A stretch of 64,000 nucleotides of DNA from the human T2T-CHM13v2.0 reference genome, Homo sapiens, in assembly GCF_009914755.1 (NCBI RefSeq), contig NC_060936.1. One strand, written 5' to 3'. Shown here one piece after another: positions 42,281-56,528 of this stretch. Positions within the stretch are counted from its first letter, which is position 1, and each line of letters opens with the position of its first letter. The position numbers were made by a program, and so were the translations under genes. The notes beneath the pieces are model-generated. The model did not search any database. It was not told the origin of the DNA and was given only the letters and a program-made list of their open reading frames with translations.

Positions 42281-43808
42281 CACCCACTGCAGCAGTACCC
42301 AAGCCTGCCAAGGGCACCATTTGCTTGAAGATGCTTTCTGGTGCCAACTGTGCCTGCCAAGGACAGGTGACCAGACAGCATTAGACAGGCTGTGACCTGA
42401 ACAGGCACGGCCAGAGCCAAGGGGGCTGCTGCAGCTCCTTCTCCAGCTGTCACTGCTCCCAGCCCTTCCTGCCCCCTCTCCTGGCACATCCCCCAAGGCC
42501 TTCAGGCTGACCCCTGGATTTCAGAACACCCCTCTTCATCAGAACGTATCCAGCCTGGGTTCCATGCCCATCAACAGCAAGACACCAGTTCCCCTGCATA
42601 AACAGGTGCTGAAGTCAGGAGGACTCAGGCAGACACACTGTACACATCACCGCAAGCTCTCCTTCAGTCCTCCCAACGACTATAAGTGAGGTGTTAATAT
42701 GCCTGTTTTACAGATAAGGTAACTGAGGATCAAGAAGTTAAGTGATTTGTTCAAGGTTGTCACTGCAGCAGTTTTGTGGTTTCCTCTCTAAGATGGAGAG
42801 AAGTTACACCAGGACTTAGTGCCTGGGAAGCAAAGAGGTGAAATTACTCGGCCAGGATTGCACAGCTGACAGTGATGATACCGATGGCTGTGCTTTTAGT
42901 AGCTGTTAGGTACCAGGAACTGTGCTTGGCCCTTGACACATATAATTTCACGGAATCCTCACAGCAGATTAAAAAAAAAAAAAAGGTACCATATTGTCCC
43001 CATTTTACAGACCACCCCTTACAAGAGATGAGATGATGTGCTGTGTGTCGCCCAGCTCATTAGTGGTTGAACTGAGATATGAAAGCAGCTCTGGCTGACT
43101 CCAAAAGCCAAAGCTCTTTTGAGGGCCAGAGGAAGAGGAGAGTCAGGATACCTTTTCCTAGGGGCTCTTCATTTGAAGAGAGGATAGTACCTTGTCACAG
43201 AAACTGACATCAGTAAATATTCCAGAAGAGAAAAAAAATTCATCACCAAATGCTTTTGAAAACCTGGACTTATCATTGTTAATGATATGTTCTTACGCAG
43301 GGCTTGTCAGAGCCTTTAATATGCTCAGATATGTTGTGAATTTCAGAGAGGGAGACAGTGACGTGTTCCTAACTTACTTGATTCCTGAATCCTTCTTTCC
43401 TGGAACGTTTTATGGAAATTAATAATGCTACGTCTAACAAGCTTTGAGAGATGCTAAAATAGCTACACCACTAGCAGTTGGGTTTCAGGCACAGCGGCCA
43501 ACGAAAGGAGCCCTCAGAGCCAAAGCGCCCTCTCGAGGGAGGAGCCGGCTGTAGGGTAAGGAGGTGTCTGCACTAAAGTCTAAGGGTGCATCCCATTGGA
43601 ACCTGGGCGGAGGTCCTGGCCACCCCCGCCCCATAATAGGATGTCAGAGTAGAAAGAGAGTTTCCTGGAGGTAACTGCAGTTGGCAGAGAGAGGTACAAA
43701 GAGGCCAGGGTGTGTGGCCCAGGAGCCAGAGACAGAAGGCGAGCCAGGTCCCCTGACGTCGCTTCGGGGGCTGGAGTCCAGCTGCGGCCTCTTCTCTTCT
43801 CCCCGCAG

Positions 43809-43870
43809 GGTCCCCGCACTCCCGGTGAAGAACTTGAATGGTACTGGGCCGGTCCATCCGGCCCTGGCAG
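43809..43870 (+). CDS. DTX1: DTX1 exon 4
   Basis: ccccgcag|G VPALPVKNLNGTGPVHPALA G|gtgagg; 62 nt. Confidence 0.95.
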
Positions 43871-44185
43871 GTGAGGTCTGGCCCAGGGCGGGAAAGAAGG
43901 GCGGGGCCCACTAGGAGGCAGCTCCGCCTGTCACCCGGTGACCCCGCCCCCGAGATGGGCTGGTGAGCGTGGCCCGGAGGAAACGCCCCCTTCCACTGGG
44001 CCCAGGACACAGGGCGGGCGTGGCCCGCAGAAAGGCCCTTCAGGGGCCTTCAAGGGGCTGAGTGGGTGGGGCCCAAGAGCGCAACCCTCCCACCCACCCG
44101 AGGGCCCCGGGATTCCCAGGGCCAGTGGTCGGGGGTCTGGGCGGGGTTGGCGCCCCGCCCTGTGACTGCGCCCCCTAACCCCCAG

Positions 44186-44347
44186 GGATGACCGGGATAC
44201 TGCTGTGCGCGGCCGGGCTGCCCGTGTGCCTGACGCGGGCCCCCAAGCCCATCCTGCACCCGCCGCCCGTGAGCAAGAGCGACGTGAAGCCCGTGCCTGG
44301 CGTGCCCGGGGTGTGCCGCAAGACCAAGAAGAAGCACCTTAAAAAGA
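44186..44347 (+). CDS. DTX1: DTX1 exon 5
   Basis: ctaac..cccag|GG MTGILLCAAG...KTKKKHLKK A|gtacgc; 162 nt. Confidence 0.93.
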
Positions 44348-44684
44348 GTACGCCCTCCACGCCCTGCCTCACACGAGATGAACCCCACTAAGCCTTGACC
44401 ACAACTCTGTGACCCCTGGTCTCCAACTTATTCTTAGCATTTACTACCTCACCTCCATTGCCTGATCTCAGCTCCCCTTGCCCTGGCCCCATCTTTCACC
44501 AGCTCCTGTTACAGCTAACCTCCAGCAACCCCTGACCTCTGACCCTGGCCAACCCTTGCCAGCCTGACCCCGGCCAACCCTTGCCAGCCTGACCCCTGCC
44601 CTCTGACCCCTGACCCAGTTCTGAGCCAAGCCTTCGGGGACAGACTCTGGGTACCCTCAAACCCACCCCGCTGTGTCCCTGCAG

Positions 44685-44746
44685 GTAAGAATCCCGAGGA
44701 TGTGGTTCGAAGATACATGCAGAAGGTGAAAAACCCACCTGATGAG
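44685..44746 (+). CDS. DTX1: DTX1 exon 6
   Basis: cctgcag|GT SKNPEDVVRRYMQKVKNPPDE|gtgagg; 62 nt, restores frame into the RING exon. Confidence 0.93.
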
Positions 44747-45076
44747 GTGAGGAGGGGATGGGGGGGCTGGGGGAGGGCCCTGGCATGGAGGGGGCAGGAA
44801 CCCTCACCCCTCCTCCTGGGTTCTGGGTGATACAGAGCTCTTCTAGTTTGTTCCTTTCTTCACTTTATGAGGTTTTTTGATGAATAGAAATACTTACGTT
44901 TAATAGACTCACATTTATCCATCTTTTGATGATTGAGTTTTTGTGTCATTTTCACCCATATTTTCCACTAAATGTTTTTAAGTTTTGCTTTTGATAGTTA
45001 AGCCCTTAATTCACCTGGGGGGTGGTGAGGGGAGCCATCTTCCTCTGTGATATATCAGAATTCAATATATGGGAAG

Positions 45077-45290
45077 GGGCTGGGTGCAGTGGCTCATCCC
45101 TGTAGTTCCAGCTACGTAGGAGGCTGAGGCAGGAGGATCTCTTGAGCCCAGGAGTTTGACTCTGCAGTGAGCTATGATTGCACTGCTGCACTTCAGCCTG
45201 GGCAACAGAGCCTGTCTCTTAATAAAAATAAATAAATAAAATAAATAAAATAACGAAGAAGAAGAAAAGAAAATAAAACAATGTATGGGG
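45077..45290 (+). mobile_element. Alu monomer with A-rich tail
   Basis: Single arm. Confidence 0.8.
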
Positions 45291-45435
45291 CAGAGGGTGT
45301 GTCCTGTCTCCCTTTGCCAAATGGGTACCAGAGAGAGTGTGGTCTGCTGCCTATGGTGACCCACCAAGGGGCAGTGCTGACCCAGTAGGTGCCCTGCCCT
45401 CCCCAGTCCTCAGTCTCCCCTGCTGCCACCTGCAG

Positions 45436-45594
45436 GACTGCACCATCTGCATGGAGCGACTGGTCACAGCATCAGGCTACGAGGGCGTGCTTCGGCACAA
45501 GGGCGTGCGGCCTGAGCTCGTGGGCCGCCTGGGCCGCTGTGGCCACATGTACCACCTGCTGTGCCTCGTGGCCATGTACTCCAATGGCAACAAG
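45436..45594 (+). CDS. DTX1: DTX1 exon 7 (RING-H2 N-part)
   Basis: DCTICMERL...[19 protein letters not shown]|gtgggt; 159 nt. Confidence 0.97.
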
Positions 45595-45688
45595 GTGGGT
45601 TGGGCGGGACAATGGCTGAGGAGTGGGCAGGGAACGGAGTGGGGTTTGGGGGGGTGCTGGGAACTCACTGCCAGCCTCCCCTGCCCAG

Positions 45689-45850
45689 GATGGCAGCCTG
45701 CAGTGCCCCACCTGCAAGGCCATCTACGGGGAGAAGACGGGTACGCAGCCGCCTGGGAAGATGGAGTTCCACCTCATCCCCCACTCGCTGCCCGGCTTCC
45801 CTGATACCCAGACCATCCGCATCGTCTATGACATCCCCACAGGCATCCAG
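45689..45850 (+). CDS. DTX1: DTX1 exon 8 (RING end, DTC start)
   Basis: [18 protein letters not shown]...IPTGIQ|gtgggc; 162 nt. Confidence 0.97.
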
Positions 45851-45971
45851 GTGGGCTCCCCTTCCGCCTCTCTGGCCCCCAGCCCCCACACTCCTCCAAC
45901 TCCTCCAGATGCTTCTCCACCCTGCCACCACCTGTTCATGGTCTAAATCCCTGTACTGTCCCTCTTTGCAG

Positions 45972-46061
45972 GGCCCTGAGCACCCCAACCCCGGGAAGAA
46001 GTTCACCGCAAGAGGATTCCCTCGCCACTGCTATCTACCCAACAACGAGAAAGGCCGGAAG
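45972..46061 (+). CDS. DTX1: DTX1 exon 9 (DTC domain)
   Basis: tttgcag|[30 protein letters not shown]|gtgggt; 90 nt. Confidence 0.97.
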
Positions 46062-46571
46062 GTGGGTGCCCAGCCGTGAGGGCATGGGAGATAGGCACAG
46101 GCAGGGGCTCCAGCAACCACTGGCCTGGGCCTGTGGTCCCCATCATTCCCAATCCCTGCTCTCACATTCCTCCCAAAAGCAGCACCCAAACAGTAACGAC
46201 CACAGCCACCTCCTTCACACATCTTATCTCGTTTCCTGAGCCACTGAGGTCAAGATCCTGACCCCATTTTATAGACAAAGACACAAGGCTTCAGAAAGGG
46301 CAAGTCACTTGACTGTGGTCACAGAGAAACTAAGTGGCGGAGCTGGGATTTGAGCCCAGGCAGTCCAAGCTGTCACCACCACCCTACAGGTTGTCTGATT
46401 TGACTTTCTGCTTTTCAAGAGCACCAAGAAATCCAGATTTTCATGGGAAATCTCTAGGCTTTTGAATGTTAGTAACTAATTTACAAGTGGCTCTTTAATA
46501 TAGTGTGGAGTCCAAACTAAATAGAGCAGAGAGCTGCCAGATGCTTTCTTCACCCCAGAAAAAAACAGGCA

Positions 46572-47150
<579 letters not shown>

Positions 47151-47357
47151 ACATAAGTAACTTGGAAAGAGCTTTTACTGGAAGTTCAGGAAATACAAAT
47201 GCAAAGGAAATGGCCAAGCCAGCAGTACGTAGTTGGTGCTAATGGACGAAGCCATAAGGTAGCCATGATGTGGCAGGGGAGGGAGGGAGGCTGAGGCTGG
47301 TGGGCTGGAAGCTGCCTGTGACCTCCTCCCGGCCCCACTGTGTCCCTGTCCCCCCAG

Positions 47358-47582
47358 GTGCTGCGGCTGCTCATCACGGCCTGGGAGAGAAGACTCATCT
47401 TCACTATCGGCACGTCCAACACCACGGGCGAGTCGGACACCGTGGTGTGGAACGAGATCCACCACAAGACCGAGTTTGGATCCAACCTCACGGGCCACGG
47501 CTACCCGGACGCTAGCTACCTAGACAACGTGCTGGCTGAGCTCACAGCCCAGGGCGTATCCGAGGCTGCAGCCAAGGCTTGA
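47358..47582 (+). CDS. DTX1: DTX1 exon 10 coding part (DTC domain end, stop)
   Basis: ccccag|[18 protein letters not shown]...IHHKTE...AAAKA TGA; 225 nt. Confidence 0.97.
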   Translation: MLRLLITAWERRLIFTIGTSNTTGESDTVVWNEIHHKTEFGSNLTGHGYPDASYLDNVLAELTAQGVSEAAAKA

Positions 47583-48647
47583 GGCCCAAGGCTGCCCACC
47601 TTCCCTCCTGCTTTGCCCCTGGTCCGGCAAATGCCTCCTTCGCCAGGTGTGTCCTGGTAGCCCAGGTTCAGGGCTGGGGAGGAGCCTGCGGAAGGGGCCG
47701 CAGCCATTCAGGGGACCTGCCTGGTGGCAGCTGGGATGAAGAGAGATGGCATGTCAGGCTGGCCCCGAATCATAGCTCCCTGAGAGGGCCAAGCAGAGAG
47801 TACTGGAAACCTCCCTACCAAAAAGACAGAGACCCGCCCCCTCACACACAAACACACATGTCCTGTTGAACTCATGCACGCACACCCACGTGCCTGTACT
47901 TGCCCCCAGGCTGGAAGAGAAGAGACAGAAAGACCCCATGACCCCCCCATGTGGATCCCCATCTGTGTCTCAGTTGCATCTGTACAGCCTTGTCTGCAAA
48001 CTGGAGGATGCGGGGCAAGCCCTTAGGGGCCTGCCAGGGCTCGGGGGGCAAAGAGGGACTCGGGAAACTCAGTGTACCCCAGATGCCTCACCCATTCCGT
48101 GTCATCACCCATGTCTGCCACCCACTGATTGGGCAATTGTGGGCCCATGGGGTGGAAGCCCCCAGATGACTGAGCAGTTCTACAAAAAATGGCCAGCACG
48201 AGCGGGGACTAGAGGGTCCTGATTTTGTGTCTGTGCCTCTTCATCTCTCTGGACTCTGATCTCCTTCTCCCTTCCCATCTCCAGGCCTTCTGTCTGTCCC
48301 AGATAAAGGCGCTGTTCTCCCATCCTCCCTACCCCATCCTCTCCACCAAATCGCTCCCAATTTTGAGAGCCAAAGGCTGGCGCTTCTGACTTCAGGAGCG
48401 AAAGGAGGAGGCCTAGTTTGGGCCGATGTATTTTAAAGCAGAGTGGACAGCAGAGAGTCAATTTCCCTTTCGTTGGGAGTGGGCAGTGGGGTGGCTAATT
48501 GTCTTCGGCCAACCAGGGGCCTGTTGCCCAGGCAACTCACCAGCTCCGCCTCTGCTGATTGGCTGCCACGGTGGGAGTCAGCCAAGATTTAAAGGGATGC
48601 CAGCGATTGCTCTTTTCAAAACCTACCAGTCCCACTGTGGGTGGAGA

Positions 48648-48653
48648 AATAAA
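48648..48653 (+). terminator. DTX1: DTX1 polyadenylation signal AATAAA
   Basis: First AATAAA I find after the stop (~1.07 kb downstream), followed by U/GU-rich sequence. Confidence 0.8.
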
Positions 48654-49373
48654 TGGTCTTTCTCCTCCTCGCCTGGTCTTTTCCTGCCAAGAGAGGGGTG
48701 GGTGGCTCTGTTCCTGGGGGCTGCAGTCAGCCCCGTTGGGGAGTGATGGCTTGCAAGAGAATGACTTCAGGGTCCTTGCCTCGGGCTGGAAGGGGTGGGG
48801 GCGCTGAAGCAGTGGCAGACCCTCCTAGTCCTAGTCTCCAAGAATGCAGAGGTGAAAGTGCCCTTCTCTTTCACAAGAGCACAAGGCAATGCACACATCT
48901 GCTCCCTGGCACAATGACAAGAAACAAGGAACTCAGGTGCAGAGCTGGGAGCCTCGAGGGAAATACGGAGGAGCTGGGAGACACTGTGATCAGCTCATCA
49001 GGATCTCAGAGCTTGTCAGGACCCTGTCCTTGAGGAGGAGGGTCAGGTTCTAACTAGGGAAAAACAGGGATGGACCCCAGCCTTAAATCAGCCTCTCTGC
49101 AACATGCCAGGACGCCCCTGTAGTTCTGGTGGATGCTGCGGCTTCGGGCAACCCCTGCTGGCCACCCTCGGGATAGCGCCGTGTCTTTCCTGGTCCACTT
49201 GATCCCCTGCCAGGTAGGCTTTGGTTTCTGTCCCACCCCCTAGTGACACAACACCGGAAACGAGTCCTTGGAGGCCCTTCCAGTTCTGCCAGTCACATGT
49301 TCCCAAACATTTGTACTCCGTGGTTCATTCTCAGACAAAACCTCAACCCAAACTCTGGCATATAAAATTGCAA

Positions 49374-49675
49374 GCCAGGCACTGACTCACACCTGTAATC
49401 CCAGCAACTAAGGAGGCCGAAGCGGGAGGTTCATTTGACGCCAGGAGCTTGAGACCAGCCTGGGCAACATAGTGAGACCCCCCATCTCTACAAAAATTTA
49501 AAAATTAGCCAGGCGTGATGGCTTGCACCTGTAGTCGCAGCTGCTCTGGAGGCTAACGTGGGAGGATCACTGAAGTCCAGAAGTTTGAGGGTGCACTGAC
49601 CTATGATCATGCCACTGTACTGCAGCCTGGGCAACAGAGTGAGACCCCCAACTCTAAAAACAAAATAAAATAAAA
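49374..49675 (+). mobile_element. Alu (J-like) between DTX1 and RASAL1 3' ends
   Basis: Sense dimer. Confidence 0.9.
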
Positions 49676-49937
49676 TTGCCCATTCCCCAGGCCTGTGGTC
49701 CTCAAAGCTGATACTCATCCAAATGACCTACGGAATCTGTTAAATAACCCTGATTCTTGCCCTCATATACCCTCAGATTCTGAGTCAGTAGCTGGCTGGG
49801 CCTCAGAAATCTGCATTTCTAGCAGACATTCTAGCGGGTGGTCTTTGGCCCACAGTCAGAGAAACTCCTCCCTTGTTCTTGAACTACCTCATTGGAATCC
49901 AGTTTGAAAACCACACATCTAGACTTTCCCTCCTCTT

Positions 49938-49943
49938 TTTATA
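49938..49943 (-). terminator. RASAL1: Putative RASAL1 variant poly(A) signal TATAAA
   Basis: Minus strand TGTATAAAAAG followed ~20 nt later by GATGTGTGGTTTT; no canonical AATAAA/ATTAAA seen on minus strand between the stop and DTX1. Confidence 0.5.
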
Positions 49944-50570
49944 CAGGGTAATCTGAGACCCAAAGAGAGATAAACAGCCTGGCCCAAGGTCTCCCAGGCT
50001 CCAAGGGTCTGAGTTTGGCACACTGGACCCCCACCCAGCCTTGGTTCTTCCTGAGGGTACCTGATTCTGGAAGCTTGTGGTTGGAGTCCTAGGCCAAGGG
50101 CAGGGTACAGAAGAATCAGTGAGGTTATAGGGATTAGCAGACATGAAAACAGGAAGGAGTGAGGCCATTTAGTGCCCATCTGGGGCAACAACATCACATG
50201 GGCATCAGGAATTCAGGTCCAGCTGTATCCAGCAGCTCAGGGCCAGGCTGGCCTCCTTGGTATGGATAGAGGCCAGTTTGGTGAAGTAGAGACCCCAGTC
50301 TCAGTCAAATAAGTCAGGTTCCTTATCCTATCCACTCCAGTCTGAATCAAGCCAGAGGGCAAGTTTCACTCAGTGCAAGGCTGGCCCCTGCCAAAGGGCT
50401 TCCATGCCCTGAGTTCTGGACTCAAGGCACACAGGACTAGGCACGTCTCTGGGAGCCTCCAAACCACAGAATCAAAGAGGTCCAAGGAGACAGGAGACTC
50501 CCGGGGCAGGATGCGCTGAAGAGGGCCCCCTGGCTCTTGCTCCTCCTTCCGGGCTAGCTCTGGCATTTCC

Positions 50571-50710
50571 TTAGGGGCCAAGGGGGCCCAGGGCCGCCTT
50601 CCCTCGCTCCTGCTGCTGGAACTCCTCGTGGGCACGATCCAGGTCTGCGAGCACCTCCAGCAGGCGGGCAGTTGCTGCTCTTTGCCGGGCCAGGACCTCA
50701 GGACAGGCCC
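50571..50710 (-). CDS. RASAL1: RASAL1 last coding exon
   Basis: cctag|GACPEVLARQRAATARLLEVL...GPLGP TAA. Confidence 0.93.
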
Positions 50711-50942
50711 CTAGGAGGGAGACAAGAGGCCACAGGGGCTCAGCCAGTCCAGGGCAGGCTGCTGTAACCCGGACCCAATGGTTTCTCATGCTGAAGATGT
50801 GCCTTGTGCCCTGAGAACCCTAAAATCCTTGAGAATCCCCACACACAGCCCTGTGGCCTGATAATGGACTGGAAACAGGAGGACACAGGAGACAGTGGGG
50901 AAGTGCCTGCGAAGAAAAAGGGACCTCCTTAACCCCTTAGCT

Positions 50943-51240
<298 letters not shown>

Positions 51241-51269
51241 TTTACCTTCTGAGGTACAGGAGCCCTTAC

Positions 51270-51322
51270 CTGTGTCTGCCTCCAGAGTTGTATCCATGTT
51301 AGAATCCTCCAGTAATTTCAGC
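51270..51322 (-). CDS. RASAL1: RASAL1 penultimate exon
   Basis: ttccag|[19 protein letters not shown]|gtaagg; 53 nt. Confidence 0.92.
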
Positions 51323-51769
51323 CTGGAAGGTAAGAGGGAGAAAGACAAGTCTGGTCCCTGATTCCCATTCCTGCTTCCTACCCCAGAAATTCTCTGAGAA
51401 ATTAGTTTTCCTGAACCATCACCATCACCATCTACCATCATCATCATCATCATCTACACAGCAAACATTTCTAGAGTGCCAGATACTATTCTAAACCTTT
51501 TACATGTATTAACTCATTTAATTATCATGACAAACTCATATGAGGTAGGTATTTACTATTAGCTCCATTATACAGATGATCACTGAGACACAGAGAGGTT
51601 AGGTAACTTGCTTAAGGTCACACAGCATCAGCAGCAGCATCATTATCACTTATTGAAAGCTAACTATCTGGCCAGGCACCTACAAAGTGCTCTACCTGTA
51701 TTAGCTCATTTGATCCTCAGGACAACCCACGAGGTCGCCACCATTATTATCCCCCTTTTCCAGATGCAC

Positions 51770-52080
<311 letters not shown>

Positions 52081-52530
52081 TTAAAAAGAGATCACACAGC
52101 TAGTAAGTGGCCAGGTCACGATTTGAACCCAGACAGGTCAGCTTCAGAACCCACTCTATAATGAGTTGGGACAAATCTCTGTCACCAAATAACAGTGATA
52201 GTGATCCTCATGACAGGAAGGGGAAGAGATCTATCCAAGGTCATTTAGCAAGCGCAGGGGGCCAGGATTTTATGTGAATTGTGCCAGGGTCTCTGGAGCT
52301 CCAGGTATTAAAAGATCCCAAGACCCAGTTCTGCATAAGGGACCCCTCCCACTGAGGATGCTTCCCAAGCCCTGACTGTGTAGACACCCAGTCCCCACCC
52401 TGGGCCAGGCCCCCGGGGAATATCCACCAACACACATGGGAAGAATGAATAAATGGACACAGCAAGGCCACGGTGGGGGGCTGGCCTGGCTGGTCATAGG
52501 AGGTGAAGTGGGATGGGTGGGGGCACCCAC

Positions 52531-52651
52531 CTGAGCTGGTCCCGCCCCAGGAGCAGCTGCCGATACACTGTCTGGGCCTCAGCATCAGGATCCAGTGGGT
52601 CACTCCAGTCCCCCAGGGTGACAGCTGAGTGTGTACGGCTGCAGCCGGCGG
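52531..52651 (-). CDS. RASAL1: RASAL1 exon
   Basis: cctcag|AAGCSRTHSAVTLGDWSDPLDPDAEAQ...DQL AG|gtgggt; 121 nt, phases consistent. Confidence 0.92.
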
Positions 52652-52775
52652 CTGAGGGGACACAGCTTCATTCATCAGTAACTCCCTCTCCCCTTCCAGA
52701 AGCCTCCACAGCCAGGCATTCGCCAAGCCGTGCTCCTTCTTCCTGTAAAATCCCTCCTCAAACCTACTACTTCTA

Positions 52776-53398
<623 letters not shown>

Positions 53399-53736
53399 TT
53401 ACATCCTCCACTCTCATCCAGCCCCACTTCTGCTCCCCAGACTCTAGCAGTAGCCTCGCCTCTCCCGGTACTCCTCCCTCATTCTAGGCTCCAGTCACAC
53501 AGACCCTTTTCCATCCGTCAGCCTACCTTGTCCCAACCTCTAGGCCTTTGCTCATGACACCTGCAACACTTCCTTACCCCCATCTCCCAGTTCTGTCTCC
53601 AATGCCGCTGCTTAACTTCTGCTCTACTCAGGTCACATTTAAGCAGCACCTCCTCCAGGAAGCCCTCCTTGAGTCCCCATCCTGAGGCTGGGTCAGAGGC
53701 ATCCACTGGAATCTCAAACGTCTCATCTTGGCACTT

Positions 53737-53962
53737 ATAACATTGTATTACATTGTTATACATTGTAATACATCATTATATATTGTATATACATTGTTAA
53801 TAACAATGTCATTATTTTATATATTATTTTATATATATTTTATATATATTATATATTATTTTATATAATAACAATGTTATTATTTACAATGTTATACATT
53901 GTAATACATTGTTATACATTGTATATACATTGTTAATAACAATGTATAACATTGTATTAACA
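53737..53962. repeat. AT-rich (ACATTGTWAT/TATA) minisatellite
   Basis: Directly visible. Confidence 0.85.
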
Positions 53963-53964
53963 AA

Positions 53965-54261
<297 letters not shown>

Positions 54262-54587
54262 TTATTGGGTTATGCACTCATCTTTCTTGAGAACAAGCTC
54301 ATGATGTTTGAGTACCACTGGATGCTGGCACCTAGTGAGTACTTTAGAAATAACACGTCGCATACGCCAAGCAGCGTCCTATGCTCTTTGTGTAAATCAA
54401 GTCATTTAATTATCACAACTCCACGAGATAGGCACTGTTATCAACCTCATTTCACAGTTGAGGAGACTGAGGCATAGAGAGGTTGAGTAACTTGCCCAAG
54501 GTTGCACAGCCAGCCCAGGCGGAAGTGGGACACCCGCTGATTGACGGGTGGGGAGGGCGGAGCCTGCAGTCCGCCCTGCCCCCTCAC

Positions 54588-55450
<863 letters not shown>

Positions 55451-56355
55451 TAAGTGACAACTTCTCTGGGCATCCATTTCCTTGTTAATAATAACTACCA
55501 CTTCTATGGTACTTGGGACGCGATTCCAAGCACTTTACATTGATCAACTTATTTAATTATCACAACAAACTTCTGGGGTTGGTTCTGTTATTCTCTCCAA
55601 CCTGCAGATGAGAAAACTGAGGTGCAAGAGGATAGATGACGCTTCCAAGGTCACTCATTGGGTGGACCCAAAATTGGAACCCAGAGAACTGACCCCTAGA
55701 ATCTCCATTCTTCTGATAAAATAGAAACAGGAAGCGTGGGCTCCCTTCTCAGCGTTAGCCGTCATCATCTACTGGTGTGCACACAGCTCCCCATTCGGGA
55801 GATTCCAGCACGTGTCTCGGGGCATTCTAGTCATGAACGCCAGCCCCACAAGGGCAGGATTTTCACCTGTCTTGTTCACTTCTGTATCTCCAGTGCCTAG
55901 GACACTGGCACATAATAGGCACTCAATAAATGTTTGCTGAATGAATGAACGAGTGAATGAATGCTTGGATGGATGTGCCTGAACATCTGCACACGTTCCT
56001 AGTGAACACATTCAATTTTATGAGTCTGTCTAGCATGTGTCTAGATCCTGGTGGGAGCATTGGAGAGCGGCTCAGCATCATCCCTGTCCTGTGTGCATCC
56101 ACATCTGGGAGGCGTATCCCCGCCACCGCATGTGCACATTCTGAAGGATGCATGATGGTGCCTGTCCATGTCCTGTGCCCACATTGGCCTGAACTTGTGA
56201 GCAGAGCCTGTCCTGAGAGTTTGTCGTTGTTAAGTTGCTATGGCATCTTGGGGCCTTGCCCCACTGTGGGCCTCAGTTTCCCCCTGGGTACAAAGAGGCA
56301 GCACACTGAAAAAGGCCACCCCTGGAAAGCCCTCCATAGTGGACTGGAACCCCAC

Positions 56356-56528
56356 CTGCCACTCAGGACTCTTGGAGAAGGAGAGGGTCTCCCCGCTGAG
56401 CCAGACGTAGCGCTTCTTGAAGGCAAAGCGCGTGGCCAGGCCGGCAGGCTCCTCCTTGCGCTTCAGCAGATAGCCTTCTCGAACAATGGCCGAGGGCGGG
56501 AACAGGGCCCTGGCTGGGACACCAGCTT
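56356..56528 (-). CDS. RASAL1: RASAL1 exon (PH domain start); alternative start 56525
   Basis: (E)AGVPARALF...VREGYLLKRK...FKKRYVWL...PEWQ|gtgggg; TAG|AAG tandem acceptor. Confidence 0.95.

Larger units (their letters stand above)
43740..44370. promoter_or_regulatory. Intragenic CpG-rich region over DTX1 exons 4-5
   Basis: CpG-rich intron 4 with several GC boxes. Confidence 0.65.
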
